A stretch of 64,000 nucleotides of DNA from a virus. Below the pieces are notes generated by a model. The model did no database searches and was not told the DNA's origin. It saw nothing but the letters and a program-made list of their open reading frames with translations. A program made the position numbers and the translations under genes. Shown piece after piece: positions 57,726 through 64,000 of the stretch. Location of the stretch: IMG/VR virus record IMGVR_UViG_3300037337_000032, positions 10,498-74,497 of that record; one strand, written 5' to 3'. Every line of letters starts with the position of its first letter. Position 1 is the stretch's first letter.

Positions 57726-58124
57726 TTATATACTCCAAACTTTAGGATAAACAGTAGACTGCTCAAATTGTGCATGATTAAAATAAGATAACAGAAGAGT
57801 ATCCATCATTATAAAATCAAGCGATAGTGTATTTTCGCAAGATTGATACCTCCAGCATTGAATGAGTTTAATAATATCTATTTCACTATATTCTGCGGTT
57901 TTATCATGTAGTTTAACCCTTGCGAGTTCAATAGCATCTATTTCAATATATACTGCGGTTTTATCCCGTATAAATCGAGTCTTTTCGGTATATCTGTGAT
58001 TGACTGATTCTATATTAATTCGCTTTAATTTGTCTGCGATAATCTGGGGATTTATTCCCGTATTATCTGCGACATAATGCGCTATTACTGAAAAATGCTT
58101 ATCTGAAATACTAAATGCTGACAT
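57726..58124 (-). CDS. hypothetical protein
   Basis: MSAF...N..SVNHRY...C..YQSCE...WSI phage family pattern. Confidence 0.65.
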   Translation of the reverse strand: MSAFSISDKHFSVIAHYVADNTGINPQIIADKLKRINIESVNHRYTEKTRFIRDKTAVYIEIDAIELARVKLHDKTAEYSEIDIIKLIQCWRYQSCENTLSLDFIMMDTLLLSYFNHAQFEQSTVYPKVWSI

Positions 58125-58137
58125 AATATAGCCTTGT

Positions 58138-58335
58138 TTACTTTCTGGCTAGGATAATGCTAAACTCCGCATTGTCATTACCGCGCATTGTAGTTAAATA
58201 ATCCATTGCTTCATCTTCGCTCTCAAATTTCTTGTTGATACCATATGCATCACCGTTGTGATTTATATATATCCCATTGCAAATAGTATGCTCATCGGTC
58301 ACCGTAACTTTAATCCGTGGTGTGTTCGTTTTCAT
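58138..58335 (-). CDS. hypothetical protein
   Basis: ORF in tandem array. Confidence 0.55.
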   Translation of the reverse strand: MKTNTPRIKVTVTDEHTICNGIYINHNGDAYGINKKFESEDEAMDYLTTMRGNDNAEFSIILARK

Positions 58336-58339
58336 AATA

Positions 58340-58576
58340 TTAGCCTACCATTGCTTTGAGTTTAATTTGTGCTGGCGTATGTTCTACAATTTCCCAAATG
58401 TTATTATCTAGGTTTAAGACTCTCTTAATATCATGCGCGTATACGCTGCCAAGTTCGGTTTCAAAGCCTCCAACTTCTGCGAGGCGAATGTTTCCTCGCA
58501 TGTTGTCTTTCATTGTGCCATGCCAACCATTAGCGAGTTGAATTTTGTGGCCTGATTTAATGTCGTTCGTCTTCAT
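58340..58576 (-). CDS. hypothetical protein
   Basis: MKTNDIK.G...M.DN.RGN.R...GSVYAHDI. Confidence 0.65.
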   Translation of the reverse strand: MKTNDIKSGHKIQLANGWHGTMKDNMRGNIRLAEVGGFETELGSVYAHDIKRVLNLDNNIWEIVEHTPAQIKLKAMVG

Positions 58577-58599
58577 AATGTAATCCTAATTGATAACTG

Positions 58600-58857
58600 T
58601 TAGGCTTTAATCTTAGCGAATGTGCGCAGGGAGCGGTTTGATCTAAATTGCTCTTTCCAGTCTACGGTACGCTTTGCGTTATCAACACGCAAATTTATAA
58701 TCGGCATATTATCGTTGTCCATGCCGAGGAATTGCCCACGATACAGACCTGATTTACTGTTAAGGCTGAGACCAGTTACCCACTGCCCAACTCTCAAGGC
58801 TTTGAACTGCGCGGTCTGATTGGTTGAACGGATAAAAACAGTTTTCGTGTAGTGCAT
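58600..58857 (-). CDS. hypothetical protein
   Basis: L.VGQWV...RGQFLG. Confidence 0.6.
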   Translation of the reverse strand: MHYTKTVFIRSTNQTAQFKALRVGQWVTGLSLNSKSGLYRGQFLGMDNDNMPIINLRVDNAKRTVDWKEQFRSNRSLRTFAKIKA

Positions 58858-59015
58858 AATATAATCTCATTCAATACCGGGTAAAATAACCCGACATAAA
58901 CTCCTATTTAATAAGAGTTTATATCTGACATTTTATGAATTCTATGCACGCCAAAGAAGTAGATCAAAGAAGACAATTATTATAGCGAAGATATAAACTG
59001 CTATTAGTATTGGTT

Positions 59016-59219
59016 TCACTTTTTCGCCCTTAGGATAGTAAGAAGAGTATTTGCAGGCCAGTGAGTAGCACGTGAACGTGCGTTATCCGTAGTTCTTATA
59101 TAATCAACGTTATACCCTGCCAACGTATAAGCCTTAACACTGGTGATAGTAGCGCCAAAAATAAAGCTGTCACCCACGGTAAGATTCAAGGCGCTAACCC
59201 TAATTTGTTCTAAGTCCAT
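59016..59219 (-). CDS. hypothetical protein
   Basis: AAGGAG RBS before MDLEQ. Confidence 0.5.
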   Translation of the reverse strand: MDLEQIRVSALNLTVGDSFIFGATITSVKAYTLAGYNVDYIRTTDNARSRATHWPANTLLTILRAKK

Positions 59220-59483
59220 ACTGTAGCTCCTTTGGTCTGCCTTTGCGTTATTGCTTGGCATGGCTTAATTATGCCATAAATTTTAACCCCACATAAAATA
59301 CGTTAATTTATTTTTATATGGAAACCCTCATGTATATTTATACAGCAGTTCCGACAATGTTCTAATAAGTAACGCGAGCGCCTACGCGAAGAGCAACATT
59401 AATGCCATACAATTATCATGCCAGCCCGTAGAATGCGTTTTAAGCTGTTTTTTCTGCTTGGCTTACCCTAGGATGCAAAAAAG

Positions 59484-59877
59484 TTATCCACTCTGCACGT
59501 ATACTTATGCACAATTTGACTCTTATATAAGACTAATAACCTGTGGATAACTCAGGCATGATAATTGCAGTCCTGTGGATAACTTAATACCCTGTGGATA
59601 ACCTGTGTATAACTTTTTCTGCTTATATAAGCGTTGACTTATATAAGCTTTCACTTATATATTGATTCTCTTATATAAGCTTTCACTTATTTTTCTGCAG
59701 ATTACATTTAGGTATTTTACATTTACAATTTGGCAAGCGGCTTTCTGAAATTTTTAGGCAAACGGCTTTTCGGCTAAAATTCCTATGCGCGGCTTTTTTC
59801 CAAATTTAGGTCTTACTGCATTACAAAAAGAAAAAACCCCAAACGGCTTTTTAATTCCGAAAGGGGTAAGCGGCTTT
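59484..59877. repeat. DnaA-box cluster with CTTATATAAG palindromes and CGGCTTT repeats
   Basis: Six TTWTNCACA-type boxes 59484-59612; four CTTATATAAG; five CGGCTTT. Confidence 0.85.
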
Positions 59878-60309
59878 TCATTCAATTTCTGTATTAAGTA
59901 CATATCGTTTATTCCAACGCCCTACTGTAATCGAAATGTAATACGAGCAGTCAAAATAATCAATTTGTGCGTCACTATTATTATAATGATCTATACACAT
60001 AATTTCTTTAGCTTTCTCGAGATACTCCAAAGCTTTACCCTCAAAGTATGACTCTATTTTGTAATGATTTACAGCTATATTTCCTGTCTTTTTTATGCAC
60101 TGAATTGTAAGCTCATTATCTATAAAAGAATTGCCCTTTAGTGCAACTAGTGCAAAGCTTTCAATGAAATCAATACTACCCTCTGAGATAGTCAAACTAA
60201 GTGTACTGCTGTTCTTACCTGCCATTGAGGACTTTACGCCGTACTCTTTATTTAGAGCCTTCATTGCAGTGCGAGCTTTTTCAATAACTTCTTGTGTAAC
60301 GTATGCCAT
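59878..60309 (-). CDS. conserved hypothetical phage protein
   Basis: MAYV.QE...G.IDF...VNHY...SDAQIDYFD..YY....G.WNK.Y. Confidence 0.7.
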   Translation of the reverse strand: MAYVTQEVIEKARTAMKALNKEYGVKSSMAGKNSSTLSLTISEGSIDFIESFALVALKGNSFIDNELTIQCIKKTGNIAVNHYKIESYFEGKALEYLEKAKEIMCIDHYNNSDAQIDYFDCSYYISITVGRWNKRYVLNTEIE

Positions 60310-60353
60310 GATGAACCTTTAATTAAACATATAAGAGAGCACTGTAGCTTGTA

Positions 60354-60647
60354 TTATACTACAAATTTTGTATAAATTTCCCACCAGATCTGCATAAAAT
60401 CGTTGTCTAGGTGGTCAATTACAGTTTCATCATCTTCTAGACCATGTGCGCAAACTAAAGCCCATCCTGCTAGACTAATCTCTGGTTGTTTTACTATTTT
60501 AATCTCAGCTTCCTCTACTGATTCAATAGCTTCCGTAATAGCTTTAAAATCATTACTTTCATTTACCTGCCACTCTTCACCGTCCCATACACTGATTGTG
60601 CAATCTTGAGATAATGAATATTCAACCAAATGCAAATATGCTTTCAT
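60354..60647 (-). CDS. hypothetical protein
   Basis: GGAG RBS; ISVWDGEEW. Confidence 0.65.
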   Translation of the reverse strand: MKAYLHLVEYSLSQDCTISVWDGEEWQVNESNDFKAITEAIESVEEAEIKIVKQPEISLAGWALVCAHGLEDDETVIDHLDNDFMQIWWEIYTKFVV

Positions 60648-60686
60648 GCTGTACTCCAGTTGTTTAAAATTAAATTATAACACATC

Positions 60687-60947
60687 TTAGCAGGTACTTG
60701 AAAAATCCTCGCACTGCATTAGCTTATTTTCTTCTATCAAGAAAGTACTGCCTATGTTGCGAACTTCCTTATTGCTGTTCATTACACTTGGACTATCTGA
60801 CAGTACTGTATGCTGTACTTTACCTCCGTATTTTACTCTGCTATCTTGCACTACGCCGGTTACAAAGCACTCGTCTAAGTACTTGCCAATAACCCACTGG
60901 CCTTTTCTGTCAAAGTTAGATCCTGCGTTGTATAGGCATTTGTTCAT
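60687..60947 (-). CDS. hypothetical protein
   Basis: G.V..SRVKYGGKVQHTV motif; start after GGAGA. Confidence 0.6.
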   Translation of the reverse strand: MNKCLYNAGSNFDRKGQWVIGKYLDECFVTGVVQDSRVKYGGKVQHTVLSDSPSVMNSNKEVRNIGSTFLIEENKLMQCEDFSSTC

Positions 60948-60996
60948 AATATTCTCCATTTATTAAGCTATCCTAGTGCATTAATTGTAGCTTATT

Positions 60997-61248
60997 TTAT
61001 ACTTTAAGTGCTTTAAGTGCTTTAAGTGCTTTAAGTGCTTTAAGTGCCAAAATAGACTCACTACAATGCATAAATGCATCAACCATAATGTCACTTTCTT
61101 CGTTTGCCTTGGCATATTTACGGCACAGATCTGCACATACTTGTAGTGACAGTAATTCACCAGCTTCAAACGCAGATTGCATTCTTGCAATATCTTGAGC
61201 ACCTAGTGTATCAAGTTTGAAATGATTTAGCCAATCATTGAATTTCAT
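60997..61248 (-). CDS. hypothetical protein with (ALK)n tail
   Basis: Start by ATGA overlap; paralogous to 61522-61764; 9-nt tandem repeat at 3' end. Confidence 0.6.
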   Translation of the reverse strand: MKFNDWLNHFKLDTLGAQDIARMQSAFEAGELLSLQVCADLCRKYAKANEESDIMVDAFMHCSESILALKALKALKALKALKV

Positions 61249-61525
61249 GCGTTCAACTCCTTCAGTTTGACTTCGATCTCTCGGGCAATTTCTTTTACAT
61301 TTCCAAGAAATACACCATCTTCTGCTAACGCATAGATTTGTGCATCCGTCAGTCCGATCCATTCGGTAGCAATGACTGGCTGCTCTATCCGTGAGCGTAG
61401 GACGGTGATGGCTTCCAGATGTTCTTTGAATGCCTGCTCACAATAGTCGTCGTCCCCACCCTTTGGTCCGGCGTAGATTGTTTCAACGCATCCAGCGCTT
61501 GCTGCATGATTTCTTTGTCAGTCAT
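61245..61525 (-). pseudogene. frameshifted small gene
   Basis: MTDKEIMQQALDAL... continues in another frame to WIGLT...IEVKLKELNA; span 281 nt, ATGA overlaps at both ends. Confidence 0.65.
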
Positions 61526-61764
61526 TTGTTCTTCTCCTTGAGTTTGGCTTCGACAATTGCTGCAACATCCGCAAACGAAAAGTCATTGACGATGTATGGC
61601 ACACGAGGACGCATTGAATTTGTGCCCGTAGCATCTTCTAGCAACTTCGCACACACCTCACGCTCGTGGTCTTGACCCGCTTCAAAGGCGGCGTGTAGTC
61701 GAGCCAAGTCCTGCGAGGTTAGCGTGTCGAGGGCAAACCGGTGTATCCAGTCTGTGAATATCAT
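61522..61764 (-). CDS. modular hypothetical protein
   Basis: EREVCAK and VEAKLKEKNK modules; AAGGAG RBS. Confidence 0.65.
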   Translation of the reverse strand: MIFTDWIHRFALDTLTSQDLARLHAAFEAGQDHEREVCAKLLEDATGTNSMRPRVPYIVNDFSFADVAAIVEAKLKEKNK

Positions 61765-61988
61765 GTGTTGCTCCTTGCACGTATGGCTTTGGCACACCAA
61801 GTCGCCAGCACATCCTCGCCGCCATATTCGGCGTTAATGTCATCACACACCTTTGCACACGCCTCACGCTCTACTTTAGTAGCCGCTTTCCACGCCTCCC
61901 ATGCCCACCACACTGGTGTTTCTGGCTCATACTGGTTGTTTTGCAGTATATATGAAGAATCCCACCACTGGTTAAATTCTTCGTTCAT
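61761..61988 (-). CDS. modular hypothetical protein
   Basis: AWEAWKAA...EREACAKVC...CAKAIRAR. Confidence 0.65.
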   Translation of the reverse strand: MNEEFNQWWDSSYILQNNQYEPETPVWWAWEAWKAATKVEREACAKVCDDINAEYGGEDVLATWCAKAIRARSNT

Positions 61989-62386
61989 GGTCTAACTCCA
62001 AAATGTCGTTTGATCTTGCTTACAGTCAGAATATCGTACCCTTCAGAGCAAGGTTTTTCATCACTCCGCACATTCACAACACCCACAGGCTTCTGCCCAA
62101 TCAACTCGGCGTGAACCTGCGTAGCCAACGCGTCCTGATACGCCTCTGACTTGCAGGTAGGCCAAGTGCAGGTGTGGCTCTGCGATGTGTCGGTGGGAGA
62201 CTTCAGTGCCTCTATCTCACCGCACGAGCCTGCAGAATCATCTTGCGCTGTCAGGCACCTTGCCAAGTAAAGTTTGTGCCAGTGCTCGGCAGATTCTTTC
62301 AGCTTGCGATTTTCCTCGTTGTATGTCGGTCGTGTTGGTGTGCCGCCCATTCGTGTGTGCAACTCGCTTAGTTCTTTGTCAGTCAT
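61985..62386 (-). CDS. hypothetical protein
   Basis: ATGA overlaps; IKRHFGV C-terminus. Confidence 0.6.
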   Translation of the reverse strand: MTDKELSELHTRMGGTPTRPTYNEENRKLKESAEHWHKLYLARCLTAQDDSAGSCGEIEALKSPTDTSQSHTCTWPTCKSEAYQDALATQVHAELIGQKPVGVVNVRSDEKPCSEGYDILTVSKIKRHFGVRP

Positions 62387-62691
62387 TTGTTTTTCTCTTT
62401 TAATTTGGCTTCGACAATCGCCGCAACATCTGCAAACGTAAAGTCATTAACAATGTACGGCACGCGTGGCCGCATTAAGTCGTAGTCTTCTGGTGTTAGC
62501 CCAACCCACTCACGGGCAGGCTGCTTCTTTTCTTTCTCAATGGCCTTGCAGAGGATTGAATAGGCTTCTGGAATGCCATTCTTCTCCTTGAGTTTGGCTT
62601 CAATATCCCGCGCGTATCCGTATGGCAACACAAGGCTACCCTCGACGTTTTTACTGTTTTCTACCACGCAATTGATTTCTTTGGCAGTCAT
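62383..62691 (-). CDS. modular hypothetical protein
   Basis: IEAKLKEKN twice, WVGLT module. Confidence 0.65.
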   Translation of the reverse strand: MTAKEINCVVENSKNVEGSLVLPYGYARDIEAKLKEKNGIPEAYSILCKAIEKEKKQPAREWVGLTPEDYDLMRPRVPYIVNDFTFADVAAIVEAKLKEKNK

Positions 62692-62720
62692 TTGTGTTCC
62701 TAGTGTGTTTTGTTCAAGTG

Positions 62721-63074
62721 TTAATTATAACCTGCATTTAAATTATCTTTTTTCGTTTTCTTTTCCTCGCAAGGGAAAGCAGTGTATAACGCAAAAGTTA
62801 CTATATCGTTAGCTGGGTAACCCCTTTCGTAGGGGTAAGCCAGTAGCGTATTCACAACAACTTCTGCTACTTGTTTTACAGTGGTGCCATTAGGCGGGCA
62901 GAAAATCCTGCCATTGCCAGTGTCAAACACACCTACAATGTAGCCTACAGCAAGTGCAGCCTGGCTTTTATCTTGCATTTTTGCTATCAGGTCGTTCCCA
63001 GTAAGGAAACCGCCTGCATTAGCCATTAATGATGTGCTAATAACAATTAAGCTGAGTATAGATTTGTATTTCAT
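62721..63074 (-). CDS. secreted Rap1a/Tai-like immunity-fold protein
   Basis: Signal peptide then TGNDL...GYIVGV.D...FCPP...Q...VV...A...V..AL..AFPC, pattern of Rap1a immunity proteins; AAGGAG RBS. Confidence 0.65.
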   Translation of the reverse strand: MKYKSILSLIVISTSLMANAGGFLTGNDLIAKMQDKSQAALAVGYIVGVFDTGNGRIFCPPNGTTVKQVAEVVVNTLLAYPYERGYPANDIVTFALYTAFPCEEKKTKKDNLNAGYN

Positions 63075-63108
63075 TATGTCTCCTTTAATAATAAAATTCT
63101 TATAGTAT

Positions 63109-63303
63109 TCAATGCAAAGTATGTACTTGTACTTCATACACATAGCGCTTCTTTAACGCTTTCAATGCACTTGCAATATTGATGAATTGCGCTTTACTAT
63201 AGTAAATATACTCTACAGGCAGATCAGCTACAAGAGTGCGTATACTGTACTCTGTGATAAACATTGTAGCGAGATTTGTATCAGTATTATTTATGTCTGT
63301 CAT
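63109..63303 (-). CDS. hypothetical protein
   Basis: Short ORF in array. Confidence 0.45.
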   Translation of the reverse strand: MTDINNTDTNLATMFITEYSIRTLVADLPVEYIYYSKAQFINIASALKALKKRYVYEVQVHTLH

Positions 63304-63362
63304 AATTTACTTTACCTTTTACTTTATGTTGCTTAATATAAGTACTAAACTTTCCTGAACTT

Positions 63363-63794
63363 TTAAACTTTTTTGAACACTGAAATAACACGCTTACCTG
63401 CTGTGTTATCGAATGTATCTATAATCCTACCGTTAACAACAGCTACGGCATGCCCAGTTGTATTTACAATATAGTTACCAGAGACTAAACTGGAGATTAA
63501 ATTACCCAATGTAATTCCCCTTCGTGCAGTACGGTTAGATTCATTTGATACAAAACGAGCTGCACTTGTTGTACCATAGACACCCTCTAAAACAAAGCCA
63601 GCTTCTTCGTATGCAGCTTTCATTGTGTTGAAAAAAGCACCCTTACGCTCTTTTCTACCGTGCTTCTTCAATACAGCGTGAGCTTCAGCGTAAGGCATCT
63701 CACCTGCATTTGCTAGTGCTCTTACTGTACAGTCTTTAGCTTCAACTTCGTTAAGGCATGTAGCACCACGAGAGATAGGTTGAACTTTCTGCAT
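63363..63794 (-). CDS. conserved hypothetical phage protein (possible papain-like Cys-His-Asp)
   Basis: DCTVRALA...GHAVAVVNG.IIDTFD; AAGGAG RBS. Confidence 0.65.
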   Translation of the reverse strand: MQKVQPISRGATCLNEVEAKDCTVRALANAGEMPYAEAHAVLKKHGRKERKGAFFNTMKAAYEEAGFVLEGVYGTTSAARFVSNESNRTARRGITLGNLISSLVSGNYIVNTTGHAVAVVNGRIIDTFDNTAGKRVISVFKKV

Positions 63795-64000
63795 TAAAAA
63801 CTCCTTGTGTTTAAGGTTTAATTATAGCCTAATTTTTAAAGAAAGCACAAGTCCTTCCAATAAATAGGTTAATCAGTCCCACAGTGCAGTGAAATATTTG
63901 CCAAACAAAGTACAACCATTTTTTATGCGCTCGTGATACAAGTTTAAACCTGCATGATCAGTCTTCATCTTTTTATTAATTTCCATGCCTCGATCAGAAA

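Noticed and set aside
59484-59877. CRISPR array
   Set aside because: Repeats are 7-10 nt with irregular spacing; no 25-40-nt repeat-spacer units and no cas genes
1-64000. Stop-codon reassignment
   Set aside because: Conserved genes are full length in the standard code and no suppressor tRNA is present
1-64000. Prophage or lysogeny module
   Set aside because: No integrase, repressor or host flanking genes recognised

Overview
64 kb of a lytic tailed dsDNA phage (siphovirus architecture, AT-rich). A Burkholderiales host is inferred from a Bug/TctC-family gene. 1-14.9 kb (+): T7-like primase-helicase, family A DNA polymerase, a tRNA/structured-RNA cluster, SSB, exonucleases, endonuclease VII, dNTP pyrophosphohydrolases and class I RNR. 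15-52.6 kb (-): lysis genes, an ATP-grasp/Bug cassette, tail genes, a lambda-E-type capsid module, an ~8.7 kb extra fibre cassette between portal and protease, terminase and a second tRNA/ncRNA cluster. 53.4-55.4 kb (+): PhoH and a ClpP-like protease. 56-64 kb (-): small early-type genes around a DnaA-box/repeat locus. Main findings: (1) the terminase large subunit is split by an ORF-less group I intron and, six codons later, by an Ala-start class 3 intein with a LAGLIDADG endonuclease, together bracketing Walker A; the ORF track misses exon 1. (2) A 101-nt CCA-ended tRNA mimic whose anticodon arm is replaced by a long hairpin sits among other unannotated structured RNAs, next to a nucleotidyltransferase-like gene. 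(3) The tail chaperone needs a +1 (UUU_CGC) rather than -1 frameshift. (4) A cluster of six DnaA boxes lies in a phage with its own replisome. All calls come from reading motifs by eye; no database searches or folding programs were run.
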